From NCBI RefSeq assembly GCF_006345805.1, contig NC_043009.1:9610001-9674000 (forward strand): DNA of 64,000 nucleotides. Direction: 5' to 3'. The notes beneath the pieces are model-generated. The model saw nothing but the letters and a program-made list of their open reading frames with translations. It was not told the DNA's origin and did not search any database. The position numbers and the translations under genes were made by a program. Positions 37,687 through 50,515 of this stretch are shown here, piece after piece. Each line of letters begins with the position of its first letter. Position 1 is the first letter of the stretch. Origin of the DNA: Octopus sinensis (Eukaryota).

Positions 37687-39411
37687 CATATATATGCCAG
37701 GCTTCTTTCAGTTTCCGCCTACCAAATCCACTCACAAGGCATTGGTCGGCCCGGGGCTATAGCAGAAGACACTTGCCCAAGGCGCCACGCAGTGGGACTG
37801 AACCCGGAACCATGTGGTTGGTTAGCAAGCTACTTACCACACAGCCACTCCTGCGCCTATGTGTATGCGCCACATGTGTATGTGTTTGTGGTAAGAAGTT
37901 TGCTTTCCAATCTCATGCTTTCAGTTTCAGTCCCAGCGCTTGACACCTTGGACAAGTGTTTTCTAACATAGCCGCACACTGATCAAAGCCTTGTGAGTGG
38001 ATTCGGTAGACAAAAACTGAAAGAAGCCTGTAGTGTGTGTGTGTGTGTGGGTTCAAATTTAATTACAAGAATAACAACACACAAGACAAAGTGAAAATGA
38101 AGTGTGAATATCAGTTTTGATGCTGAACAAGAGGTATGAAAATAGAAGTACCAGAATCTTAAATATTAGAAAATAAGGAGAGGAATGAATGTTTTATACT
38201 TAAAAAGAGAGTCAAGTGTTGAACTGGAGGTTTTTCATGGTTCTTTATTCTTTGAAGCTAAATTGAATAAAAACTAGACGGGTAAGTAAACAACACCAGA
38301 TGTCTACTACATTCTGTATATTGATTATAGATATTATGTCATTGGATATTTCTGCGTCGTGATATGGGTTAGCCCAAATCCTAAATCTAAACTTAGAAAT
38401 GCAGTACCTGTGACGAGCTTATAAACTTGTGACTTACTGATCAAGATACTCTTTTCACCCTTTTCCTTGTTTCAGTCATTTGACTGTGGCCTTGCTGGAG
38501 CACCATCTTTAGTCGAGCAAATCGACCCCAGGACTAATTCTTTGTAAGCCTAGTACTTATTACATCGGTCTCTTTTTGCCGAACCGCTAAGTTACAGGGA
38601 CGTAAACACACCAGCATCGGTTGTCAAGCAATGTTGGTGGGGGGGACAAACGCAGACACACAAACACATACATATACATATATATATATACATATACGAC
38701 GGGCTTCTTCCAGTTTCTGTCTACCAAATCCACTCACAAGGCTTTGGTCAGCCCGAGGCTATAGTAGAAGAAACTTGCCCAAGGTGCGACACAGTGGGAC
38801 TGAACCCGGAACCATGTGGTTGGTAAGCGAGCTACTTACCACACAGCCACTCGGAAAAATATAGATAGAAGCTGTTTAATTACAGAAGATATATTATATG
38901 TTCAATATCTTTAGTCTTTCAAAGAGTTTAATACTTTAACCATCTTGCTACCCTTATTTCTGTTGAAATACACTGGTTTTGTTTCAAAGAATGACTGGGT
39001 GGTTAAGAAGAATGCTTCATAACAACAGAGTTTCAGGTTCAAGTCCCACTATGTAGCAGCTCCAGGCCAACCAATGCTTTGTGAGTGAATTTGGTATACA
39101 GAAACTGATGAAGTCCATCGTCAGTGTGTGTGTGTGTGTGTAAATCTTTGGGTTTGTCTCCTGCTCCCATTGGTATTAGTTTTTTCTTGTGTCCCTCTAA
39201 CTTAGTGGCTCAGCAAAAACAAAAAAAAAAACAAAACAAAACCAGGCGCAGGAGTGGCTGTGTGGTAAGTAGCTTGCTAACCAACCACATGGTCCCTGGT
39301 TCAGTCCCACTGCATGGCATCTTGGGCAAGTGTCTTCTGCTATAGCCCCGGGCCGACCAATGCCTTGTGAGTGGATTTGATAGACGGAAACTGAAAGAAG
39401 CCTGTCGTATG

Positions 39412-39446
<35 letters not shown>

Positions 39447-40237
39447 TTGTGTTTGTCCCCCTAGCATTGCTTGACAACCGATGCTAGTGTGTTTACGTCC
39501 CCGTAACTTAGCGGTTCGGCAAAAGAGACCGATAGAATAAGTACTGGGCTTACAAAGAATAAGTCCCGGGGTCGATTTGCTCAACTAAAGGCGGTGCTCC
39601 AGCATGGCCACAGTCAAATAACTGAAACAAGTAAAAGAGTAAAAGAAAGAGTAAAGAATTTATCAAAATAACCATCATAATTTAGTTGGTGTTTAGAACA
39701 TAAATTAAAATGAAATTTTGATTGAAGGGTTTTAATTGAAACCAGTTTTAAATAGGGATTTTGTATCATAAAAGTGGAGTAGTTTCAAGATGGTTTGGTA
39801 TCAGAAAGCTAAAACAACCTTTAAAAGCGTGGATAAAATTGAAACATCAACAGCTTGAAATCCCATTTTCTATTTTATTGCAAGCATGATGAGTGGTAAG
39901 AAGTTTGCTGGTTCAGTACCACTGCATGGCACCTTGGGCTAAGTGTTTTCTATTGTGTGGGGGTGCTGAAAAGTTCCTGGCTTTGGGTAAAAGAAAATAT
40001 AGGAGGATCAGTTAATCATGATTTTATTCAACATATTCCCCTCTCAGATTCACACACTTATTGCAGTGGTCCTTCAGTTTTTCTAAGCCCTGTAAAAGAA
40101 TCTGGAAGGCTGGACTTCAGTAAGGCCTTTCTTGATACCCTTAAAACCAGGAACTTTTCCCAGGCTGACCAAACCCTTGTAAGTGAATTTATCAGATGGA
40201 AACTGAAAGAAGCTTGTTATATACATGCGTATGCATG

Positions 40238-40273
<36 letters not shown>

Positions 40274-40571
40274 TGTGTTGTGTGTGTGTGTGCGTGCATG
40301 TGTGTGTAGCAAATTTATTTACAGGATATTTTAAAAGATATTGGTTAACCCAGGGCTATAATAGAAGATATTTGCCCATGGTGCTGTAGGGCGGGAGTGG
40401 TCTCAGAAACACGATTAGAGAGTGAACCTCTTAACCACAGATGCACAAAATTGTAAAATATGTACAATATAAAACAGACTTGTCTAGATACATATACAAA
40501 CATATATAAATACATGAATACATTCATCAGACAGATATACAGAGAGACAGGCAGACAAATATTTTACTTAC

Positions 40572-40710
40572 AACGTATAAGACCAGCAAAAGTCAACGCC
40601 AACATTATCCATATAATTGTATCTCTGTCCTAGACTCCATGAACAGTTCAGTATTCGCCAGTCAAATACAATACACTTTATGGAATCCTTAGGAATTGGT
40701 ACAAGTTTTT
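40572..40710 (-). CDS. Receptor coding exon 3: first half of cytokine-binding domain (EKLVPIPKDSIKCIVFDWRILNCSWSLG...DFCWSYT)
   Basis: Poly-T acceptor ...aaccag|, donor |GTAAGT; C-x9-C-x-W signature of class I cytokine receptors; phase 1 to 2. Confidence 0.9.
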
Positions 40711-41076
40711 CTGGTTAAAAAAAAAAAAAGAAAAAAAAAAGACAAATATCATCAGTAAAGAAACAGGCTTAACTGAAAAGAAATAAGACAAAACAAATAA
40801 AATACATCATCATCATCATCGTTTAACGTCTGCTTTCCATGCTAGCATGGGTTGGACGATTTGACTGAGGTCTGGCAAACCAGACTCCAATCTGATCTGG
40901 CAGAGTTTCTACAGCTGGATGCCCTTCCTAACGCCAACCACTCCGAGAGTGTAGTGGATGCTTTTACGTGCCACTGGCACGAGGGCCAGTTAAGTGGTAC
41001 TGGCAACGGCCACACTCAAATGGTGCTTTTTATATGCCACCTGCACAGGAGCCAGTCCAGTGGCACTGGCAACACA

Positions 41077-41108
<32 letters not shown>

Positions 41109-41183
41109 AGCATATATACATAAAGAAGTATTTATATATATTTATATATAAGCATGAACAAATACATAAGTATATATAGCTGA

Positions 41184-41650
41184 TCATGTATGGAAAAATG
41201 GAGACCGCCTCCCCCTGTGGGATGAAGTTAAAATAATAGACAGAAAACACCAGTGGAAAATATGAAAACTAAAAGAAGCAGCCCATATGCTAGGACACAA
41301 CAGCCTCCTAAGCAGACCAAGTGCAGATATGAACAGCATTTGGGAACTGGTATTAAGGAAGGATAGGAGAATATTAGATTTATAAGCTCTAAAATTCACT
41401 CTATAATTGCCCATGTCATATGGTGTAGTGGTTAAGAGAGTGGGCTACTAACACCAAGATTCCGAGTTTGATTCCAGGCAGTAACCTGAATAATAATAAT
41501 AATAATAATAACATCGAAAAATACCTTAGGAATGAGAACCCAGGTTTCCCCAAGACACCTGATAAAGGCTGGAAGGTATATCAGCTGAAACATTGTGTTA
41601 ACAACAAACAAGATGAGGACAAATATCCGTCAAATGTAAATAATGTAAAA
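41184..41650 (+). mobile_element. Penelope-like element 3' end: GIY-YIG C-terminus, tRNA-like segment, (AAT)n, hammerhead-like pLTR
   Basis: LWDEVKIIDR...KLKEAAHMLGHNSLLSRPSADMNSIWELVL*; the following pLTR matches 12135-12330. Confidence 0.75.
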
Positions 41651-43769
41651 AATATACATATATATATATATATATGCATATATGTATATACATGTTATAT
41701 ACATATATAGATATATATATGATCACTTTGCTACCCCTTCATTAGGCCTATAAGACCTACAAGACTGTATAAGACCATCCTCATCACTCTACATACCCTC
41801 TCATCTCTATGTATAATAAACTGTACTGAACCATCTGTATGCATTACAATCAACTTTACTTTATCTGTGCTGCCATCCATCACTTTCTCTCTTCCTTCTG
41901 GAGCACTTCCATTTGGCAGTCATCACCTACTCTTACTATGCCCACACCTGCTATTGACCATCGCTCCCCCTCACATCTTATTAACTGCTTCTACTCTTTT
42001 CCTCTTGCTCTTTTCATTCATCCACTCCTGCCTTCTGGCTTTCCTTTGTTCCTCCTCCTTGATTACATCACCTGAGAAGTATAAACCTTAGGCTTCTCTC
42101 TACACTTACACTATACAAAGCCATTCCATCCCAGCAGGCCCTCTAGAGTGATAGGTGGTTTAGGAGAAGTAAAGAAGGGTTGTGATGCTCTTTACAGCTG
42201 TTTCGCTGAAAACTTGACAATTTCTCCATTACTAGTGCCATGCCGCAACACACTATAAAGTGGATGATGAATAAGCTGAGAAAGCATAAAGCTCTGCAGC
42301 CTTTTTAGTCAGTCTTATTCACTGCTCTAATGATGGTGCCATGAGAAATTGCACCCAGTCATCATCATCATCATTTACTGTCCATTGTCCATGCTGGCAT
42401 CGGTTGGATGGTTTGACTGGGCTGGCATGCTGGAAGGTTGCACTAGACTCCAGCCTGACTTGGCATGATTTTCTACGAGTGGATGCTCTTCCTAACGCCT
42501 TTGCATGACACCGGGGTGCATTTACGTGCCACTGGAATGGGTGGGTACACTCATGCCAGAGTAAAATAGTTAGTGATAAGAAGGACATGCAACCATTAAA
42601 ACCAAGCAAAAATGACATATGTCAAGCCATGAGAAATCGTAGTCATGGCTGATGACAGTGTCACATAAGTGGCACCTGTACTGGTGGCACGTAAAATGTA
42701 CATTTCGATTGTTGGGCCTCACAGAGGCAATGTGGTGTCATGTAACTAGTAGCCATGCCAATGGCATGTCAAAAGCACCTTTCAAGTGTGGGACTTCACA
42801 GAGGCAATGACAAATGACTGAGACCATTGGCAATATGCCAAGCTTGAGTAGAAAACGCATCAAACCAAGCGAAATTTGAGTCATGGCAGATAGCGGTGTC
42901 ATGCAACTGGCACCAATGTTAGTGACACATAAAAGCACCCATTACACTCTTGGAGTGGTTGGCATTAGGAAGGACATCCTGCCATAAAAACCTTGTCAAA
43001 TCAGACTGGAGTCTGGTGCAGTCCTGGGCAAACCACCAAACCCGTGCCAGCATACAAAACAGACATTAACTCTTTAGCATTTAAACCAGTCATATCCGGC
43101 CCAAATATTCTATCGGTTTTTCCTTCAAACTGGATAGATCTGGCTTCTCGCACCAACCCTACAGTGTCATTCTAAAAGTAGACACTCACATCATTGAAAT
43201 TTTTGAAGTTATGAGATAATTCACGATAAATTCAAAGCAGTGTGAATAAATAAACATTACATTTGTAGAGACTAATCTGAACACTAAAGGGTTAATTGAT
43301 AATGATGAGCACTAATCTATGGGAACAGTAGCCTCCAATAAGAAAGGACTCTAAGCACAATGAATCTTCTAGCCTTGAATATGAAATAAAGACTATGTTG
43401 TTGTGGCCGTTGCCAGCGCCGCCCCAACTGGCCTCTGTGCCAGTGGCACGTAAAAAGCACCATCCGATCGTGGCCATTACCAGCCTCGCCTGGCCTCCGT
43501 GCCGGTGGCACATAAAAAGCACCTTCCAATCTTGGCCGTTTGCCAGCCTCGTCTGGCACCTGTGTCAGTGGCACGTAAAAAGCATCCACTACACTCATGG
43601 AGTGGTTGGCGTTAGGAAGGGCATCCAGCCGTAGAAACACTGCCAGATCAGACTGGGCCTGGTGCAGCCTTCTGGCTCCCCAGACCCCAGTTGAACCGTC
43701 CAACCCATGCTAGCATGGAAAGCGGATGCTAAACGATGATGATGACATATACAAAAACATGATACTTGC

Positions 43770-44015
43770 CTTCAACTTTAACCAATTGGCCAGCATAGAC
43801 TTGAGTGTTGGAATATTTACACACAAAGGTGTCTGCCTTTTTACTACTGTTGTAGCATTTCTTCAAAGAAGCACTTGTCTTGTTGAATGTTGTTTCATTT
43901 GGAGAAGAATTGGTAAAATACAGTGCCGAAGCATCATCCAAAGTTGTGGAATTTAGTTTACAAGTAAATGTAATGCAATCTCCAACAAAGACAAATGGAT
44001 CATTTGGTTCCAAAA
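43770..44015 (-). CDS. Receptor coding exon 2: Ig-like domain (ILEPNDPFVFVGDCITFTCKLN...DTFVCKY...VKVE)
   Basis: Acceptor ttctatttctttag|; 246 nt, phase 1-1; Ig-type Cys pattern; donor is GAAG|GCAAGT (GC type). Confidence 0.85.
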
Positions 44016-45089
44016 CTAAAGAAATAGAAAATATGTCAGTAAATGAATAAAGCATGGAAAATAGCCATTTCTTTGAGAATACACAAAGTAACTTTTTCTA
44101 AGAAGGTTTACCCACAAACTGCTTGGGCAGCATAACAGCACATAGCAGTGTGGACTATGCTTGGCACCAATCACCAATAAATAGAGCCGGAACCAACTGG
44201 ACTTTATTGTTTTCTTTTTTTTATTTTGTTATAAAGATTTGGGTAGTAAGCATTGACAAATAACACACCCATTTACATGTTCCATGGATACACAAAAATA
44301 TGGGCTTTTATAAATTCCTGTTGGAAATGTTCCACCTGTGACCATCCCAATCTTTAAAAGCAAATTGTTTTTGCGTTTTTCTTTTCTTTAAGCCAAATTT
44401 TTTCCTGCTGGTGTTGAAATACGAAAACTTAAAACGGAATATCAACTGAATCAAGTATACCAGTTTGTGAGGTCCTACAAAGGGCTCAGCCATGATACTG
44501 CATCCTCAAATAAATTACAACAGCAGAAATTGATACCGGTGCTGGTGCCACGTTAAAAGCACTGGTACTGGTGCCACATAAAAAATACCCAATTCACTCT
44601 ATGGCATGGTTTGCATTAGGAAGGGCATCCAGTTGTGGAAACAATACTAGAACAGGCAACGGATCCTGGTGTGACCCCTGGCCTTAACAGCATCAGTCAA
44701 ACCAGCCAAACCATGCCAGATGTTAAATGATGAAGGGGATTTATAAATAACAATGGGGAAACAAAATATTCAATAATGTAGAGCAAGATGTAAGCTTTTG
44801 AAAGATCAAAACCATAATGTCACAATGCAGTAAGCTAATCCTAGTTGAAAGGATTCCGCTTCACTTATGCTGCTAATAAATGAATAAACGTATGTCCCAG
44901 TTTCACTTCATCCTACCTTCTCTAAAACAATAAAGCCTTCGTCCTTGGTCTACTTATGTTATTGATAAACATGTGAACAAAACACATACATGTAGAACAC
45001 TTCAGCTCCAAATCAATCTGATGATTGAGCAGAACTGCAATGAAAGACATTCTGGCCATAGCCATGAGAGTTTTTCTTTTCTTTTTTGC

Positions 45090-45128
45090 TAATGATAATA
45101 ATAATGATAATAATAATAATAATAATAA

Positions 45129-45159
<31 letters not shown>

Positions 45160-45315
45160 GAGGAGGAGGAGATGAAGATGAAGGAGAAGAAGAAGGAGGA
45201 GGAGGAAAAGGAGGAGAAGAAGGAGATGAAGGAGAAGAAGAAGATGAAGGAGAAGAAGAAGATGAAGGAGGAGAAGGAGAAGAAGAAGAAGAAGAAGAAA
45301 AAGAAGAAGAAGAGG
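45090..45315. repeat. (AAT)n followed by (GAA/GGA)n purine tract
   Basis: Directly visible; starts about 30 nt into coding intron 1. Confidence 0.95.
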
Positions 45316-45347
45316 GTAAACGGTAAAGGGGAAGTCACAGTACTTAC

Positions 45348-45408
45348 TTAATTTATCATAGCTATTAGTCACTGGGAGAAACAGGAGCAAGACTAGTAGA
45401 ACCAACAT
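45348..45408 (-). CDS. Receptor coding exon 1: signal peptide MLVLLVLLLFLPVTNSYDKL
   Basis: Hydrophobic signal peptide; acceptor ttttctccttccatgaccacag| at 45417; donor TTAA|GTAAGT, phase 1. An alternative in-frame ATG lies at 45426. Confidence 0.8.
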
Positions 45409-45511
45409 ATTCAAAGCTGTGGTCATGGAAGGAGAAAGACAGAAAAAAAAACATTTAAGAAAAATAAAACTTCAAAAGGAAAAAAAAAAGCCATAACATT
45501 TACTGTGATTA

Positions 45512-46326
45512 TCTTTATCTTTATATATATAAAACTGAGAATGTCTGTCTGTCTGTTTGCGTGTTTCCCTAAAACTTGAGAACTACACAATTTTTAACTT
45601 TTTGCCTAGGGCGAGCCCACAGCAATATCATATCTTCTCCACTACGATTCCCTAAAACTTGAGAACTACACAACCAATTTCATTCAAATTTTACACATGT
45701 CTTACTTAGGGTCCATGTAGTTTCACGGGCAAAAAAAAATATTCAACTTCTTGCCTAGAGCGAGCCCATAGCAATATCATATCTTCTCCACTGTTTCAGT
45801 ATTACATGTTAAAAGTGAAACAAAAATATTTCTCTATTTTATGTCAGATGCTTTCACTTTAACAATAAAAATAATAATAACAATTGAATTATATGTAGTA
45901 AGTAATAATTAAAATCAAACTAAAGTATAATATAATCGTAACATACAAAAGTAAAAATAGCAATTGGTATAAAATTGCATCAATGATTTGAACTTGAATA
46001 AGTGGTTTCACATGAATGGGAATAAATTAAAAATAAAATTAGCGTGCAGAAATGGAATAGTCCAGATGGATAATAAAAAATTTAATTAAAGAAAAGACTA
46101 TTGTCTATAAAGTATACAATGTACAGAAAAAAGAAGAGCTAACAATTCCAGTCTGTTCTATATTTTCAGTATTGTTATCACTAGTGATATCAAGATATAA
46201 CTTTGTATTTTGCATTTTATGTGTAGATGTATATATATAGATGTACATGTAATATGTACACATATATATACACAAATATACATGCACTAACACTATGGCC
46301 CGGCAATGACAGGTCTTTAATGCTAG
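45512..46326 (+). mobile_element. Non-autonomous Helitron-like element
   Basis: 5' A^TC...tatatatataaaa...(tgtc)n; 3' degenerate GC-rich hairpin then CTAG^T; internal duplication of about 70 bp. Confidence 0.5.
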
Positions 46327-46728
46327 TATTTAATTAAAAAGTATCTTTTCTATTTTTTTACTTGTTTCAGTCATTTTTACCATTAAGGCTATGCTGCAGA
46401 GACTTGAATAAGTGGAAATCTGAAGGAGCAATATCTGGTGAATATGGAGGGTAGGGTAACACATCCCAGCTGAGCTGTAGCAAGTTTTATCTGGTTCCCA
46501 AAGCACCAAGTGCGGAAAATGAACTTTCTTATCTTCTATTTTAAAGGGTTACAGAATTAACACAGGTTATAGGAACATAAACCTTCTTCCACGAAAAGAT
46601 AGCTTAAACTGTACTCTAAATGGAGGTGTAGTCAAATCCTATTTTATGGACTCAACCATGTTCTAAAATAAGTCGAAAGGTAAGCTACTATAAATCGGCA
46701 CAAACTTTCCGGACAACTCAATATATAT

Positions 46729-46776
<48 letters not shown>

Positions 46777-47364
46777 ATATATATATATATATAATATTAT
46801 AATATTATTATTTAAGGGAATATTAATCCTAACTCACAGGGACAAAAAATTCAATTCAGAAATACTAAATCAAATTTCACACAATATATACGTTTTTATT
46901 ATTTTTTTGCAATTTACTTAATCATTGGTATTTTATTGTTATTTTAATTTTAGTATTTCTATTATATGTAATTTTCTAGATGGTGTAATTTAATTATTCA
47001 TTTTGAATTGATAAAAGGTTTCTTTTTTCTAATTTATATATATATATATAATACACACGCATGATGATGATGATGGACTCTCCTATCAAAGAGGACGTAT
47101 GATTGTTCAGCTTGTGCTGAATGACCTGCACAAATGATTTGTTTATATTGATCAAATGTTAACACTGCACATTAGCTCACTGTCTTCATCAAATCAATGT
47201 TGCCTGAACAGGTGCACGCAATGTAGCACGCATCAGGTGTCGAAGTGATCACAGAGCAACGTGAGATGAAGTGTTTTGCTCAAGAACACAATGCACCACT
47301 CAATCTAGGAATTGAAACCATGATCTCACAATCATGAGTACAACACCCTAACCACTAGCCCATG

Positions 47365-47402
<38 letters not shown>

Positions 47403-48036
47403 ATAATATTAGGGAGTAAATCCAAATTTACAGGGGAAAATTAGATTTAGGATTAAATCTAATTTCACAGTATAAATAAAAATTAATTTAGGGATAAAAC
47501 CACTATTAGGCAAATCAAACAGTGAAAAACATAAACCAAAACATAGAAATAAAAATAATTAATATAATTTACAAAATATATAAAATATAAAATTTAAAAT
47601 TTAAATTATTTAAATTTAAAATTATTAATTTATAATTTTTTTTTTATTATAAATATAAATATAAATATAAATAAATAATTTTGAATTTAAATAATTTAAG
47701 TTTTGAATTTTATTAATTATTTTTATTTTTATGTTTTGATTTATGTTTTTCACTGTTTGATTTGCCTAATAGTGGTTTTATCTCTAATTTAATTTATATA
47801 TATATATATATATATATTGTAATGGGAGAAAAGAGTGACTGAGATGAGGTTTGGGGATAGAATATGGTCTTACAAGTTGTGAAACGACATACTTTTGAAT
47901 GTTTTCCTTTTTATTTTTTACTGCTTCATCAGAAGAAGGAACACATGACCATTTGCAGGGTTATCTAACAGGAAACCTGACATAAGTGTTTGCTACAGAG
48001 AGGGCTACTTTAAAGCCACTTTTAGGTCAAGGGATG

Positions 48037-48136
48037 NNNNNNNNNNNNNNNNNNNNNNNNNNNNNNNNNNNNNNNNNNNNNNNNNNNNNNNNNNNNNNNN
48101 NNNNNNNNNNNNNNNNNNNNNNNNNNNNNNNNNNNN
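48037..48136. other. Assembly gap (100 N)
   Basis: Run of exactly 100 N, typical of an unsized scaffold gap. Confidence 0.99.
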
Positions 48137-48440
48137 TGATATACCTCCAGCCTTCATCAAATGTCTTGGGAAAATTTTGAGTCTGGGTTCTCATTCCTAA
48201 GGTATTTTTTGGTGTAATTATTATTATTATCATTATTATTTAGGTCACAGCCTGGAATCGAACTTGGAATCTTGGAGTTAGTAGCCTGTACTCTTAACCA
48301 CTACACCATATGACATGGGCAATTATGGAGTGTATTTTAGAGCTTATAAATCTAATATTTTCCTATCTTTCCTTAATGCTGGTTCCCATATGCTATTCAT
48401 ATCTGCACTCAGTCTGCTTAAGAGGTTGTTGTGTTCTAGC
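48137..48440 (-). mobile_element. Second copy of the same Penelope 3'-end cassette, cut by the assembly gap
   Basis: Reverse complement of 41270-41580 including the tRNA-like segment. Confidence 0.75.
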
Positions 48441-48462
48441 ATATGTGCAGTTTCTTTCAGGT

Positions 48463-48505
<43 letters not shown>

Positions 48506-48543
48506 TGCACACACACAAGGTTGAAAAGGAACACACGAGTTGA

Positions 48544-48787
48544 TATATATGGAAAAAAAGTCAAGGTAGAAAATGCTAAAATAATTTTATAAAAAACATT
48601 TCAGTAATGGTTTCAGTCATTGAGACTTTTTCAACTGTAAGTATGGAAAACAATTAAATTTTGAAAAAATTAAAAGAAAAATTTTTTGTAAAAGAAAATT
48701 TGTATAGTATTCAAATACAGAGGGCATTTTCCTTGTTTCTGCCTGTTTACTCTTGTGGTTTCGAGGTTATTGTGAATTCTTGGTAGG

Positions 48788-48820
<33 letters not shown>

Positions 48821-50515
48821 TGATGCGGGAGTGCTATGATAATAGTTTGTTAAATGGTCAAGTGCCCTGAAAGTGACCCGTTGTTGATAGTAGTAGTGAT
48901 TGAATTCTTGAGACATCTCTTTTGAATGTTTTGTTTATAAAATTTGCATAGGTGTTATTCTAAACAGCAATAGTGGTAAAGTTAGAAAGGAGGAGGAAGA
49001 GAAGAAGAAGGAAGAAGAGAAGGGAGAATAAGAAGGAATGTAGGTGGTATGGTAGCAGTAGGGTGTTAAATGGATTTTAGGTCTCTCATTATTTTCTGCT
49101 GACTGTAGTGTTGGGCCTTTTCATAATATGTTGTGTCTTCCAGTATGGATAGTACTAGAGTTATATAGAATACTGTGTCCATTAAGATAACTGCACTCCC
49201 TTTATCAGCTTCTTTGTTTGTTATTGTTTTGTCATCTTTTAATTTGTTCAGCTCAACCCATTCCTTTTTGCTGAAGTTTGGGTTGTGTTTTTGTTTGTGC
49301 ATATATTGATATGGGTAATTCGAGATGTGTTCACAGAAATGATCAAGAGTTTTGTTCTTATCTTTTGAGGGGGTGTAGTTACTTCTATTTTGGTCCAACA
49401 ATTCGTCCTTGTTGTATTTGTCATATAGCTCCTCAGCGAGTCATAATTTTCTACAGAATTCCGTGATGTCTTCTTTCATTTCATTGTCATTGGGGCATTG
49501 TTGGGTGGGTGTAAACTTGAGCCCTTTGGAGAGTATATTGATTTGGTTTGCTGTTAGTTCTTTGTGAGTTACATTGATGATTTTTATCACTTTTGATGCC
49601 TCCTGCCTATTTGGTGCTATCTTGTGTCTCTGTGTTTGCATATTGGGTTTAAAAAATGATTGCAGTGGTTGGGATGGTAGATCTTATTTAGATGTTCCTT
49701 GTTGTTATGGGGTGCCCTGTTGTGATTTATGGTGTGGGTTCTTAGAACAATATTGAAAAGTGTGTCCCAATATCCCATGTTCATATGTGGGGTTTTAGGA
49801 GGTCGTTGTTGGTAATTATTGCGTGTGGTACAGGTTTATTGTTCATAGTTGTTTAGTAGATTGTTGGAACGAAAATTTTATTGGTAACTCCTTAGTGTGT
49901 GTGTGTGGGGTGCAATGACTATCCTCTGGGTAGTGATTTTTCCTTTCACTGTTTGAAGTTAGGGCACTCCCGATATTGTATCACTGGTGGCTTACAAAGT
50001 TAGGGTTAGATCCTGTATTCTTTTTTTGGTAGGGGTGATGGTTCCGATTTTTAGACAGGTGTGAATCAGTGTTTGAGTGTTGTTTTGATTTTCTTATTTT
50101 CAGGAAAGGGTTGTTGGAAGCGTGCTCTGTTTTATAAACAAAACATTCAAAAGAGATGTCTCAAGAATTCAATCACTTCTACCATCCACAATGAGTCACT
50201 TTCAGGGCAATTGACCATTTAATATACTACTATCATGGCACTCCTGCATTCTTATTCTTCTTCCCTACCAAGAATTCACAACAACCTCGAACCCACAAGA
50301 GTAAACAAGAGAGTCAGAGATGGGCAGAAACAAGGAAAGTGCGCTTTGTATTTGAATACTATGCAAATATTCTTTTAAAAAAACTTTTCTTTTAATTTTT
50401 CCAAAATTTAATTGTTTTCCATATTTACAGTTGAGAAAGTCTCAATGACTGAAACCGGTACTGAAATGGTTTTTATTCTAGCATTTTCTACCCTGACTTT
50501 TTTTTCCATATATAT
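48544..50515 (-). mobile_element. Penelope-like element, internally deleted, flanked by about 390-bp inverted pseudo-LTRs
   Basis: ILSKGLKFTPT and LNKLKDDKTITNKEADKGSAVILMD motifs; 48544-48940 is the reverse complement of 50131-50515. Confidence 0.85.

Noticed and set aside
38246-38407. Phase-2 open frame LYCISKFRFRIWANPYHDAEISND... as a candidate exon 4
   Set aside because: Poor polypyrimidine tract and no phase-1 GT donor; 30151-30317 fits both phases with strong sites
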